This document shows, piece by piece, positions 12,980 through 35,823 of a stretch of 64,000 bases of DNA. The DNA lies in NCBI RefSeq assembly GCF_009914755.1, contig NC_060930.1. One strand, given 5' to 3'. The DNA comes from the human T2T-CHM13v2.0 reference genome, Homo sapiens. Position numbers and translations under genes: made by a program. The notes beneath the pieces were generated by a model. The model was not told the origin of the DNA. It saw only the letters and a program-made list of their open reading frames with translations, and searched no databases. Within the stretch, counting starts at the first letter, position 1. Every line of letters starts with the position of its first letter.

Positions 12980-13235
12980 ACAATAGCTAAAATATTTTAT
13001 TTAGTAATTTTTTAGTAATTTTTATGTGGTACTATTCACAGTAGTGCTTTACATGATTGAGCTCATACTTATAATATCCATTTGAAGTAGGAGCAGTTAT
13101 TTTCTCTTTATTACAGAAGGAACTGAGGCACAGAGAGGTTAAGACACTTGCCCAAGATCACACAGCTAGCAGGTGGTATAGTTAAGATTTAAATCTACAA
13201 AATCTGGCTCCAGAGCTAATTTGCTACTCCATGCT
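12980..13235 (-). mobile_element. MIR SINE
   Basis: AACTGAGGCACAGAGAGGTTAAG..CTTGCCCAAGATCACACAGCTAG, antisense MIR core. Confidence 0.8.
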
Positions 13236-14178
13236 ACCTCTCACTTCAAATATGCAGTTACTTATTCTAACAATCTGTTTATAATCTTACTAATTCAGGA
13301 TTTTTAAAAGTTGTTTTTAGCCTACAGGATGAGCTAAAGCAACTTTTGTGGTTTATATCTATCTGCTCATCTTCTGGAACTCTTACACTATTCCGGATAC
13401 TGATTAAGAGACTCATTTAGCATGTTGAATCCCAAGAACTCTGAATCATCAGGGAAAACAAGTCATGCCTCTATGGCCAACTGAAGGAAGACTTGCCTGT
13501 GTAAAAATATATCTATAGATCATACACAATTCCCCTCATACCTCCTCTTAAGCAGTTTCCATAATTAAGGGTAGACTAATCTCTCCTAGCTGCCACCCCT
13601 TCCCTGCTTCCAGGATGGCTCACAGCTGCACAGCTCTAGACAAATAAAAATGTAACCTGCTGTTAAAATCCCTAGGAAAGAAAATTCCACAGCCACCCCC
13701 AAGGTAACAAATCCCCTTGCCTGACCACTTGGCGCAATGCCTATTCATCAAGTCAGAAAGTTTATTTACATACTTCCAATGAAACTGCTTTGTCCTAATT
13801 TCCTTAGGGGCCCTCTGGTGCCTGAAAACCTGCTTTGTTCTTTGGCAGCTGCTGCTGTTTCAGATTATAGGACCACTTAATTGGGTGTGACTTGTTTTCT
13901 GGTCCTGACTCCTCTGCCATCACAGAGACTTCCTAAAGTCAGCCTGAGCAGAGGAGACTTAAGAGAAGTCCATCTCTCTACACGGAACTGTTCTTAACGT
14001 TGACCAAGGAGCTGGGCTGACTGGGAGATCCAACATGCAAATCCAGTGTACGGATCCAACAACGTGCATGAACTGGAACGGCTTGCCCTCACCAGCTAAA
14101 TGCAACACTTCCCTCTCTGTGTCGGCTGGGGCTTCTGTTCTGATTAGTCTGATCCATCTTTTGGGGGATGTCACTTAC

Positions 14179-14320
14179 CCTTCAAGTCCTCAGAAACTTG
14201 AAAGGCTGGGCTACTCTGAGTAAGAGAGTCCCTAAGTCTGAATTTTCAGGAAGCTTCAATACTCTGGCAGTGGACACCACACTAGATGCTCCAGGCAGCA
14301 GCAAGGCCCTCCTAGGCCTC
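14179..14320 (-). other. Candidate non-coding exon (5' boundary uncertain)
   Basis: Strong donor AGG|GTAAGT on the minus strand at 14179 in unique sequence, with locally retained CpGs at 13980-14125. No transcript evidence. Confidence 0.3.
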
Positions 14321-14549
14321 CCAGTCAGCCAGGGTAGGAGCATAAGACATAGTCACCAGCTCCATTCATTTCCTATTCCAACCCACAAATTCTCCTGCTA
14401 TTGCCAGGTCAGAGAGGTAATTATCTCAACATTAATGACTACAGTCAGAACATTAGACTGAGTCTCAAATCACCAGACCCTCCTGACTCCAACCAGCCCC
14501 TGGCTATTGGTTAACTTTTGAGGTAGAAGGATGCTTTCACTCTACTACT

Positions 14550-15080
14550 CTATTTATTCATTCAACAAAAATGTATCAAGCATCTACCAAGCTGCTCCAG
14601 GTACTATACTAAATGTGTGGGGCACCAAGATGAGGAAGTCACTGCCCATACCTACCAGGCTCTCACAGTCCAGTGAGACAGGCCAATTGTCAACTCAACC
14701 AACTGAATGTATCAGAGTGTTAGAGTCCTATGCTTGTAGTGATGTGTTCATATTCTATTATAATAGACAGCAAGAAGTTTTAAATAACTGCCTGGAGAAG
14801 GTGGTGAATGTGAAATTTAAGCCGAGCTTTAAAAATGAATAGTAGCATGTCTAGCGGAGAAGGGGAATAGAATACTCCTATCAAAGAAAGCAACACAAAC
14901 AAGACACTAATGTATACAATGATATATGCTATTGAAGAAGATATACACTATTCAGAGAAGAGAGAGTGAATCTGCCATGGTGGCTAAGAGCTGAAGAGAG
15001 GAGAATGGGTCAGAAAGAGTTACTTGAAAGACAGGTTGGGACTAGATTGTGAAGGCCTGGCCAGGGGATTTGGTTTCACT
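14550..15080 (-). mobile_element. L2 fragment
   Basis: TTTATTCATTCAACAAAAATGTATCAAGCATCTAC terminus followed by degenerate L2 body. Confidence 0.6.
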
Positions 15081-15380
15081 TGGTGGGCCATAGGAATTGA
15101 GAAGAGTCAGGACATTTTCTGGGTTTTCGAAAAATCCCTCCTATATGGAAAAAGGTATGAAAGTATTCAAGATAGTATAGTTAGTCGAGAAGGAGAGCAT
15201 TCTCTAACAACCTGGATGCCTTTCTGTTGTTCTCCCTGTCTACAAATGGGGAGGGGGTTGAAGGGAGGACATGGCAGCTGCTGTTCTAGGGGAGGGATCA
15301 ATCTCCTTCTCTGTGGCCCTTGGGGATAGAACCAGACACTGTGGAGGAGGGAGACTTCACCTCAAGAGATGGGACCTCTG

Positions 15381-15689
15381 GGCAGGTATGGTGGCTTATG
15401 CCTGTAATCCCAGTAATTTGGGAGGCTGAGATGAGCAGATCACCTGAGGTCAGGAATTCAAGACCAGCCTGGCCAACATGGTGAAACCCTATCTCTACTA
15501 AAAATACAAAAATGAGGTGGGCATGGTGGCACATGCCTGTAGTCCCAGCTACTATGGAGGCATGCTAATCGCTTGAACCTGGGAAGCAGAGGTTGCCGTG
15601 AGCCAAGATCATGCCACTGTACTCCAGCCTGGATGACAGTGAGGCTCTGTCTCAAAAAAAAAAAAAAAGAAGAAGAAGAAGAAGAAGAA
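15381..15689 (+). mobile_element. AluS (Sx-like) with poly(A)-(GAA)n tail
   Basis: Dimeric Alu, CACCTGAGGTCAGGA, altered right arm; degenerate TSD GGGACCTCTG / GGGACCTGTG. Confidence 0.95.
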
Positions 15690-16149
15690 GGGACCTGTGA
15701 GGTTTAGCACTGAAGACTGAAGCTGGAATAGGCTGCTTTGAAATGTTGCTGCAAGGAGGAATTCCTATTGTCTGAGTTGAGCCCTGGTACACTAAGGAGA
15801 TATCAGGTCGATAGGATCCATAAGAGACTCAAGTTTCACACAGAAGAAAGTGCTTACAAGTGGTAACATGCTATGGTACTGGAGGGAAATTTTGTTCTAT
15901 CTCACTTTCCTCTTGCTAAGGACATACCAAAATGATTCCCATAAAGACTGCCCACTATGATCCTATTGCTGTGTGTAAGAAGTACATTACATTTTTTAAC
16001 TTTTTGGTCAAGGGACAACATGGAGATCTGTTGCTAATGTAAAATACTACTGAGAGTCAGTAAAGCAAATATTTACTAAATCTCTTTCCTATGCAAGGGC
16101 CAAGGCCAGAGCAAAGATCAGCTTCTATTTTGAAGGCCCTATTTCTAGC

Positions 16150-16380
16150 TTGCCACAATAGCTACCATTTTGGATCACCTACTCAGTGCCAGACTTCATA
16201 CTAGCAGCTTTCTTACAGACTCTTAATTTTTACAACAACCATACCAAGTAGGTATCATTATCCCCATTTCATAGATATTAAAATGGAAGCACAGAGGGCA
16301 AATAACTCACCCAAGTTCACATTCCTGGAGGGCAGTAGAAATGGGAGTGGATCTCAAAGTCATCTACCTCCCAGGTCCCA
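16150..16380 (-). mobile_element. MIR SINE
   Basis: ATCCCCATTTCATAGAT..GAAGCACAGAG..TAACTCACCCAAGTTCACA. Confidence 0.7.
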
Positions 16381-16959
16381 CATCCTCCCTGGGCTGCTGT
16401 GGGGATGGTGAGAGATGCCCTGACAGGGAAAGCTGAAGCTGAAGCTGAAAGCCGGAAGACAACAGGTGCAGGGTGTGGCTCTGGGCAGCAATGTTTTTGA
16501 TACACTTTTTCTAAGTGAAGCCACTTTCAGTGTTTTCTCAACTGTCTTCTAGGATCACAAGAGAAGAGTGTTACCAGACCCTAGGAGGCCAAAGTGACTG
16601 ACCTCCCAGCTCTGCCTTTAGAACTCTCTTTGGGGGAATAGTCCAGGTCAGCATGACCAATATGTAGATGGAGAAACATGAAGCTCCTGAGAAGCAACTT
16701 TTTAAAATGGAAAAATATGTGTTTAGTTTTGTATAGCTCAGCAGTTCAAAAATTCACTTGACCCAGAAGCCTTCTTTTTTTCCATAGAACACCTCAGACC
16801 CAGTAGAATTGAGAATTCACCAAACACTTAATGAGGCAAGGTAAGACACGACCCACCCCTACTGAGACAATCCAAATATCAAGATGTGGATTAGCCTCTC
16901 AGGCAATAAATCAACCACAGCCATTTGCAGGCCCTGTAGGTGTGAATGACTGATTGAGG

Positions 16960-17110
16960 GAGTCATTTAATTCCTTTGACCTTCAGTTTTCTCATCTATG
17001 AAATGGAGAAAGCGTAAGGATGTCTTGGGGATTAATAAACTAATTCATTGAATGGGTTAGATGTAACTGCCCGACATATAGCAAGACTCAATGAGTGTTA
17101 GCTATTACTT
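16960..17110 (+). mobile_element. MIR SINE
   Basis: CTTCAGTTTTCTCATCTATGAAATGG core and TGTTAGCTATTA end. Confidence 0.7.
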
Positions 17111-18249
17111 TTTTAAAGTATATTAAATGCTGGAGATGAAACTACATGAGACTTGTGAAAATACTTCATAAACTACAGAGTACTGTATAAATGTCAATGG
17201 TTAGTTGTTATTATTATCAGAAACTTCTTGGTCTCTATAAAATGCTGCTGTCCAATTAAATCCTCTGTGTCCATAGAAAATACCCAATTGTTGAAGATTG
17301 ATTACTCAGCTTGTTAAGGTGTCACTATTCATGTGGTTCTGACCTGCAATGGAAAGAAACAAAAATCCTCCTTTTCTCCTTCTGCAAATGGAAATTACTT
17401 TCCAAGAAGCCATCTCCTTTTGAAATGAGAAGCAAAGCAGAGAAAGCACCTGGGTAGGGGTCTTTGCAATTAATAAAGTGTGAAGGAACAAAGATCACAT
17501 AAGCAGATTATTTGAGAGTTTTAAAATGCATGAGGATTTTTAATGTTTTTTTCTTCAGGTGGTCAGTTTCTAGCTAACTGACCTTATGCTGGAATTTCAG
17601 ATATCATGTAATACTAGAGGTACTGGGAAATAATCCGTTGTGTGGATGCTTCACAGTGTACCCGGCACGGGGCTTCCAGATGCAGCTACTGAGAAGCCCT
17701 TTGTCTCCTTCTACAGCAGTCTCTGGTGAACATGCTTCCCAGGAGAGCAGGAGCTTTGTGAATGTTTCCTTTTTCCACACATTATGTTTACTTATCTGGA
17801 TTCTCAAAGGAAGTAGCTGACACACCTAACATCAGCCTGGCAGGTTTGAGTCCAGCAGGGTGAGATCCAGGCAGCTGCAAGAGTGTAGTATCCTTCCCAA
17901 AGAGGCTAACTGCCTGCCAAGGTGCCCAGGATGTGCTGGAAGAAACTGTCAAAACACAGAGTAGACATATGCAGTACAGCCATGCTTGCCCACCTGACTG
18001 GGCACATGACACGTGAGCACTGCCCACCAGCCAGGCCCTCCTCCCGCATTACATTGTGTGTAGGGCATGAAAACAAACAGGAGATCCTGCTCCAGTCTTC
18101 TTGCCCTAGATCTCTTCTTCCTCCTCCTGTCCACTCTCCCACTCCCTACTGTCCTCGTGCTTTTTCTCTCTTTCCCCAAAATAAGATACCTTGCTAATGT
18201 TAACACTTCCCAGTTTATGAGGCAACTTTACAGTTGCTCCTAACACATG

Positions 18250-18470
18250 GGCTTGAGAGCCCAGATAGATCAATGTGTGTTTGAACCTAGCTCTAGGTCA
18301 GGTTTGGTCACCTTGAGCAAGGTTGACTGACTTCTCTGGAAGGGTAAAATTCAGATAAGCATACTTACCACAAAGACATGTTGGGAGGAGAAAGTGTTCC
18401 GATGTATTAGAGCATTTTCCATGGTGACTAGCATGGAGGAAGTACTCTTTAAAGTAGCAGCTATTAGCCT
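18250..18470 (+). mobile_element. MIR SINE (degenerate)
   Basis: TTTGAACCTAGCTCT..ACCTTGAGCAAG..ATACTTACC..AGCTATTA. Confidence 0.55.
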
Positions 18471-19879
18471 GAGGCCCTCTGAGTTAGGGGCTAATCACAT
18501 GTTTTACATAAGAGGAGACTGAGGCACAAAGGGCAGGACAGGACTGCCCAATGCCACTCCATTGGGAAGAACCAGAGCTGGACTTTGGGCCCAAACTTGA
18601 TTACATGGACACTCCTCACCACACTGCCTCCTGGCCCTTTTGTCTTTTTTTTTTTTTTTTTTGGTCCTATCTTCCCCACAAACTAATAAATGTGTTTCTT
18701 ATATAGGGAATAATTCTACTATGAGTTCTGCTTATTTTCTGGCTCTAGTGGCCAGGAACTGACATTCCCACCATACTAGGTTGATCAGGTTCATAGCTTG
18801 AAATACGTAAGAATATATATGTACACACATACAAAACATACACAAAATATGTCCACTATATATACATATATTACCTATATACACATGTAATATACACATA
18901 TACATATATGCACATATGTATATGTATACTGTATACTAAATTCCGTATAATTTTTTTTTGTCTAAGAAAACTGTAGGTAGATTGGGTATGGAAAATCTGC
19001 AGTGAGATTCAGGGGAGACATTCAGAAACAAAGCAGAGGCCAATGATATGAGAGAAGAGAGAAAACAAATTCAGTTTCCGTATGATTCCAATTTTGCTGC
19101 AGCATTGATGATTCAGTGTTTTCATTTCTTCAAAGAAATATTTGCAGTAGCTCTTATATTTAACAAGCCAGCTTGTGCTTAACATTTTATAAATACGATA
19201 TACGAATACAAATTTTAAAAACAGCAAGAACACACAATAATACTGAATAGTGCTGAGAAAGCATCATAATTTGGAACAATATATTAGATGTACAAGAAAA
19301 GAATATTTCTGGTTATAGTTTCGATAGCTATCTTAGAACTTGAGAAAATGCATGTAAACTACCAAGACCTCATCAAATATAATCATGTTGAGAAGTCAGA
19401 AAACTATTAGTTTTCTTATAAATAAAATCTACCTTTTATTGCAACCTGTCTTAAAAACTAGATAGAAAATTTCTTTCATGTTAAAATCAATCTCTGTAGT
19501 AGCCCATTCTAAAATGTATTTTATTAATATTGGACCCATTTGAAAAACCTCAAAAATGGAGAATTTGTTTGGAGATGGAGGGTGTAGGTATCTTGATCCT
19601 CTGGAGTAGCTCTATGAGTTCTCAAAGCTGGGTGTCCTTATACTTTGAATTCCAAAAGTTCCCCAGGTCCTAGTAGCTTGTTATTATAGGGATAGGAAAG
19701 CCCAGAAAGTACAAAGGAATCTCAATGGGGTCACTGTATAAATGCATAATTTCATCCAGAGTATAATTTTTCCCCTATAATAATATACTTTGAATCATAA
19801 ATAGTGAAAATATAGAAGTAGGATGTCATGTATAAACTCCCAGAGTTTTAGGTTCTAAGACTTAAATCATGTTGTAAAA

Positions 19880-20100
19880 GCAAGCTATGGGAAGATGTGT
19901 TTGAATTCTGGCTCTACCACTATGAGCTCTGTGTTTTTGCACAAAACACTTATCCTCCATGAGCTGTTGTTTCCTTGGCTATAAAACAGGGACAATAACG
20001 CATACCTCAAAGGTGCTATGAGGAATGGGTAAAAGAACATGCATGAAAGCTCACAGCATGGGCCTAGACACACAAATAGAGTTCTGTAAATGTTGGCTAA
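19880..20100 (+). mobile_element. MIR SINE
   Basis: TTTGAATTCTGGCTCTACCACT..TATAAAACAGGGACAATAA..TAAATGTTGGCTA. Confidence 0.7.
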
Positions 20101-20268
20101 ATATGGCTGAAATGTTGGTTGTAAACGTTGCCCCTACCTCACCCCAAATCCCTGGAGTAGTATTCTAGGGAGTAGTGGGTTTCCAATCCACGAAACTCAT
20201 TTTTCCTTCAGAAGTTTCTTGGACATAACTTTATTCTCAGAAAGTAAAGCATCATACATTTTCTTTGA

Positions 20269-20627
<359 letters not shown>

Positions 20628-22944
20628 GGGAGTTTGTTTTATTGTGTTGTAAGGAGTGAAATCCTCATTAAACTGAGTTTTATGTTGAAGCATAATCTCT
20701 ATAAAATCAGTAAACACTGCGCATATGCAGTGGTGAAGGTGTGTGGGTTTAGACTAAGGTAGGGTCTGGCCTCTAGCCAGCTTGCCTGCTCTCTAACAAC
20801 CCACCTCCTACACATCCCCCAAAGGCCCCAGCATAATTCCAGAATTTGCTAGAATTGTTTGAAAACTTCTGTTCTAAAGGGACAAATAAGCCTTCCCATT
20901 CCAGGGCAGTAAAGCTGTTAGGAACAGTCTGCTAAGGCACTAATAACTGTGATCTTGCTCTTTCATCGGCCAAATAGAAAAATGTGTAATTCTGGAAAAA
21001 TCAGCATATTAGATACCAGTAGGGTCACCATCTATTGAGAAGTTAGAACCAAACAGAAATCCCTACCCTTATTTCATTTCAAATTACTGTAATCCTTAAC
21101 ACTATCTTGGTTTACTTAATGAATAAAGGCTCAAAGTGAAATTTATGTTTTACCTTACTTGTTAGCCCATCCTTAGTATTCGTTTGGTAGTGAGTGGCAC
21201 AGATGGCAGTCACACAGGGTATTTCTGAATTGGGGCATAAGACAGCAAAACTGCAAGATCCAATGTTCTGCAGGTTTGAATTCATCTAATGGTTAACATC
21301 TAATTGCAGACATCCTCCATAATACTACAAAGATAGATACAATCCATTTGGGTCTAAATTGAGCAAAGCAAGCATAGTGCCATGGGAGTATTATAGATGA
21401 GGTCTTGCCCTGGTGTCAAGCTTACTTCAATCTCCCAAGTGGAAAGAATAAAGAAAGTACTATGCTTTAATTTGGGGGCTATTTATACACCTTAGTAATT
21501 ACAGATGTGAAAGCAATGTATTTTCTAAGAAAGTTCTGGCTAAAACCATAGTTTTAAGGATCTGGATAATAGCTTTTCAGCAGCTATTTGTATTTCTCTT
21601 CAGTCTGACTGTCAGCGGTATCTTTATTTACAGAAATGTGCTCCACACAGTTAAGTCTAAGACTGTTACATTTCAGAAAGGAGAAAGAACCTTTTATTTG
21701 GTTGGAGGCAGGCAGAAAGATATCCGTACTAATCCTCCATAGCTCTAAACATTTTCTCCAGCACTACAAGTAACAGTTAAACCATTTTAACTATTGAGTG
21801 AAAATGAGTAACTACACAGCACTTTGCAACTTAAGCTCTTCTTTTAAATTATACATATTACTATTTTCACTCATAAATTCATTTCCATGCAAACCTTATT
21901 TTTAAAGGCAAGTGTTAAGAATGCTCAAGTTGTACTATTTCCTACATAGTGTTATCCATTAATACAGCTTGTTTTAATCTCTTGGAAAATAGGCCCTTTC
22001 AAATCAGAGAGTGGTCTCTAATCTAACAAATTCAGATCAGTCTGAATTTGTCACACTCTGCTCATTTTTCCTCTTTTCCATCTGAAAGCTTAAACTAAAG
22101 AGGTTTATTTAGTCTTAGACTTTGTGTTTGCTCTTGGAGAGATGCAAGAAAAATTTCTTGAAAGAATCATGTTTTCCTTGTCGTGGAACTGGAGAGAAAC
22201 AGAATGTGTGGGTTATGAGACACTAAGGCTAACTTAGAAACAGAGCCTACTGCTCAGCCTTCTGGCTGAAGATCTGAAAGTGCCAATATTCTGGCCTGAA
22301 CGGGTGGCTGAGTTTCATAAATATCCATGCTGTTGTGTGATTAGTCACAGAGAGGAAAAACTGTGAGCCATTGAAATGCAAGCAAATTAAAACAAACAAA
22401 CGAAAACCAAAAAAACCCAAAACTGTAATTTAGTGCAGCATGCAGGGATAAAATGCTATTTCATTGCCAGTGGCCAAAGATTACATTCCAATGCTAGCCA
22501 GAAAGTTGAGGAATTCACAAGACAGGACCCAGATTCAAGATGAAAGACGAAACATATGCATCAACTACTCTTACACCTCTTGTGTCCTAATGAAATGGTA
22601 GAAAAGTTGTTGGTTTTTTTAATGAGCCTACAACAATCCTCGTAAGAAAGGAATCAAGCAAAAGAACAGAAAGTTCAAAGGAACTAGGAAGAGAGAAAGC
22701 AAATACGATCAGATGTACAAAGAAAACCGAGTAGGAAAAACAACACTTCCAAACCACATTGCCCACTGAAACTCCAAGATCTGGGTCAACTAACACAAAA
22801 AGCAGGAATGGGACCTGGGGCACCCACCAAAGTAATTAATAAAGAATTGAATGTAGAAGAGCTAAGCCAATTGGTCCCTTGCAATTTCCAGAGTTATAAC
22901 GGAAGACTTTTATCGAAGACTCAAAAAAGTCAGGTACTCATGAA

Positions 22945-23125
22945 TCTTCATTACAACTCTCTGAAGTAGGCCCTATTATTATCCTATTTGTTAAATAAAG
23001 AAACTGAGGCACTGAGATAAGCAACTTATGGTCACATGGCTAATGACTGATAGAACAGGAATTCAAACCCAAGAACAGCTTGGCTCCAGAAAACATGTTC
23101 CTCAATAACCATGCTATACTGCCAT
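22945..23125 (-). mobile_element. MIR SINE
   Basis: GAAACTGAGGCACTGAG..GGTCACATGGCTAA..GGAATTCAAACCCA. Confidence 0.75.
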
Positions 23126-23159
23126 AGAAGGCCAGTTGAAAACTGCCTTTATTAAATTA

Positions 23160-25630
<2,471 letters not shown>

Positions 25631-25649
25631 GATTACAAATAAAAGACAT

Positions 25650-31616
<5,967 letters not shown>

Positions 31617-31664
31617 AAAAATTAAACATATGGTGGATAAATGGTAAAATGTATCTGGGAACAA

Positions 31665-32390
31665 CAATGCAATACCACCTTACTCCTGCAAGAATGGCCA
31701 TAATTTAAAAATAAAAAAAAATAGATGCTGGCATGGATGTGGTAAAAAGGGAACACGTTTGCACTGCTGGTTGAATGTAAACTAGTACAACCGCTATGGA
31801 AAACAGTATGGAGATTCCCTAAAGAAGTAAACATAGAACCGCCATCAATCCAGCAATCCCACTATTGGGTATGTACTGAAAGGAAAATAAGTCATTATAT
31901 GAAAAAGACACATGTGCATACATGTTTAAAGCAGCACAATTTGCGTTTGCAAAACTATGGAACCAACTTGAATGCCCATCAACCAACAAGTGCACAAAGA
32001 AAATGTGGTATATATACACCATGGAATACTATTCAGCCATAAAACTGAACAATATAATGGCCTTTGCAGCAATTTGGATAAAGCTGGAGGTCATTATTCT
32101 AAGTGAAGTAGCTCAGGAATGGAAAACCAAACATCTTATGTTCTCACTCTTAAGTGGGAGCTAAGCCATGAGGACGCAAAAGCATAAGAATGATATAATG
32201 GACTTTGGGAACTCGGTGGGGGAAGTGTGGGAGGGAGGTGAGGGGAAAAAAAGACCACATATTGGATGCAATGTATACTGCTTGAATGACAGGTGCACTA
32301 AAATCTCAGAAATCACCACCAAAGAACTTATTCGTGTAACCAAAAACCATCTGTTCCCCAAAAATTATTGAAATAAAAATAAAAATAAAT
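31665..32390 (+). mobile_element. L1PB-like 3' end, 5'-truncated
   Basis: ACCACCTTACTCCTGCAAGAATGGCC and AAAATCTCAGAAATCACCAC signatures; TSD core TCTGGGAACAA at 31654-31664 and 32392-32402. Confidence 0.9.
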
Positions 32391-32402
32391 TTCTGGGAAC
32401 AA

Positions 32403-33310
32403 AGAGACAATCCTAAAAGCTTTCAGAGGCCAAAAAGAGGTTGTGTGTAAGAAAAAAAAATCAAAATTTCATCAGACTTTTTAACTTTGGAAAATTGGAA
32501 AACTTGGAGAATGATGCAATGCCTTCAAAAATTCTGAGGGGAAATGGATTTCAACAAAAAATTTCACATCCAGCTAATTGCCAACTAATTATGATGGCAG
32601 AGTAAAGACATTTTCAGGCATGAAATGTCTCAAAAATTTATATTCCATGCACTCTTTCTCAGGGAGCTACTAGAGGAGGTGTTCCTACAAAATGAGTAAG
32701 TGAAACAAGATACAATATATGGGATTCTAGAACAGGGAATTCAACCCAAGTGGGTAAGGAAATTCACCAAATGATGGTGAAAGGAGACCCTAGGATGATA
32801 GCTGTGTGGGAAGCCTAGGAATAAACAGATCCAAGTTGGAAAAGTTCAGAAACTTCCAGTACAGAGTTTTCCAGAAAGACAAAATTGATAGCATACCAGA
32901 TGTGCTCAAATATATCAAAAGGATATTTAAACAACTGACAGAGTCTGGGTATAAATTAATGATAAGTATATATTTTGAAACTAAAACAAATAATTCCAGG
33001 GAGAGCAAAAAGAGGTGTAAGAGAGCTTTGAATAAAGTTTACATGATCCAATCATTAAAATATAATATTGATCTAACCAAAATTAAGTAAAAGTTCGTCA
33101 AAAGGATAGAAGGAATTGAAGGCTACTTGCAGAAGAATGAAAAAAGGCTACATCTTCAATCTCCACAATGGAAGGTCAATAGATAACACTTCAATCAAAA
33201 AAAGAAAAAAGAAGAAGGAAGAAAGGAAGAAGAAAGAAAGGAAGGAAGGAAGAAAAAAAGTTTTAAAGGAAGAAAGAAGAAAGTGTCAGTAAAACATGTT
33301 ATTTAATAAG
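32403..33310 (+). mobile_element. HAL1 continuation (ORF1 C-terminal part and 3' region)
   Basis: AATGCCTTCAAAATTCTGAGGG, TTTCTCAGGGAGCTACTAGAGGA and GATGGTGAAAGGAGACCCTAGGATGATAGCTGTG match remembered HAL1 sequence. Confidence 0.7.
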
Positions 33311-35501
33311 CTTGTTAGAGCTATTTGACTCTTTAATCAGAAAACAGCAATAGCAACTTGAAAGGACTCATGTACCACTTTGCTAAAAATAAATTGTAAA
33401 GACTCACACTTAACTACAAAGAAATGAGAAACAAACTGGCAACAGGCCATCAACAACACTGCACACTAGACTACCAAGATGCAACACCTTCAAAGCCCAA
33501 GGAAAAATAATTTTCAACCCAGAGTTGTATACATCTATAAATATACATATATATATGCATGTGTACATCTCAACTATCAAATATTATAAGAATAAAATAA
33601 AGATAATTTCAGCCATGTATGGATTCAGAAAGTTTACACACATGCATCCCATAAGAAAACTATTTCCCTGGGAAAAAAAAATTTCAGCAAAACTAAAAAG
33701 GAATGCAAGAAAGAATATGACTTGAGATACAAGCAACCATGGCAACCGAGTAATACCTAAAAGAAGAAAAGAAACTGAAAGTGCAATTGAGATGTTCTTT
33801 TTTCCCAGTAGTTAGATTTCAGAAGGAGTACTATGGTGGTTTATTTAAAAACAAAATAAATTTGATTTTGGGAATAAATTTTTTAATACTTTGAATGTTA
33901 TTTTAATTTGGGTTTAAACTTTCAGAGTCGTTCTACAGATAAATCAGGGAATGCTGAATTCTAGCTGAAGATTACATTCTAAATGTTATAAACTTTGACC
34001 ATAAAAAATAAGAATAAAACTTTTGTTAAAAGCAAGAAATTGAAGAGGTTGTGGTTGAGGGATTGTGTACTAAATTCCTTACTTTTCATAGTTAAGATGT
34101 GAAAGGTACCATCCAAATTATGAATTATAAGTTATGAATCATAAATGTTTTATTTAAATTATAAAGAAAAGTGCCAGTGGACATAAAATAGAAATAGTTA
34201 AAACTGGTACTAGTGTTTTCTTTGGGAAGTGGAATTAGAGGTAGGAAGACAGAACTATTATTTTTCTTTTCATATATTTTTCTTATGGTTTGGATACTTT
34301 CACTATGCCTAGATAAAACTTAATTTTTTTTATAAAAGACTAGCTTAAAATGAAGGTGGGCCTCCCTAACAGAGAATTAGTAGTATATCCTCCAATAGTT
34401 CATAAGGTATCCATGCAATGGAGTCCTGTGTGGATGCTGGAAAGACAAAAGAGGATGTCAGGGCCCTCATGGAAGGATGTCCATAATGTGACGTCGGTGG
34501 AAATGTTTTCATTTATTTGTTAATTTATTTACTCAATATTAATCAAGGGCCTATCATATGCCTAGTGCTGTGTTAAGTATTAGGTGCATATTGAAGGATA
34601 ACAGTTCTTATGCAGTTTACATGCTGGCAAGGAAAATAAACGATAAATAAACATAGAAATAAGTGTATAATTATATAAAACTTCTGTACAGAGACTGAAT
34701 CCTAAGAAAATATATATAATATGTCACTTCAGGGTTAAAACATTATATATTAATAGACATAAATATATGCATTAGGAAAATACATTTATACATGTATAGG
34801 AAGACGACTGGAAGGACGTACTCTGAAAGATCAGAATCAGGAGCAGTAGGTGGAGGAAGGGAAAGAGTTTCATTTTTTATTTTCACATCTGTTTTGGGTA
34901 AGTATTAATTTTGCATTTTTTATAATTTAAAAATTAAAATAACAAATTCATTGTAAAAAGAAGCAGAACTGGTCAAGGAAGTGAATAATTGAACAATCCA
35001 CTTATGCATCAATTCTGGAAGAAATAAAAACATTTTCCCTATGAAGAAAGAGTTGTTAGCATTGTATTCCTATAAAAAGGAGAGCATAGTATTATTTACT
35101 ATAATTTATTAATTATATTTATTATTAATAAATATATTAGCAAACAAAAAGGGGTGTTCTAGAGCATTACTTTACAGCCCTTTAAAATACTGAATTATAG
35201 GGGCGTTGATTCCTATTTCTGTATCATAAGCCTCTCGTGTTTTACTTGTAATTTCTTTATAGGAAAAGTCACTATTTTGCCAGTCTTTAAATTCTAGTAA
35301 TTCAGTTCACTTAGATTGAACAAACTTTTGATGAGCATCTCTGTGACAGGACCTTTGCCAAGGACCTGAGGGATGCAAAGGTGAGTAAGACAGCAAAATG
35401 ACCCCCAGGAAATTCACAGGAGAGTCTGCATCCATATCAGAATCTTTCACAATTGGCCTGTGGGGCTTTAGCATCTTCTCATTTCTACATGAAGTTATTA
35501 G

Positions 35502-35823
<322 letters not shown>

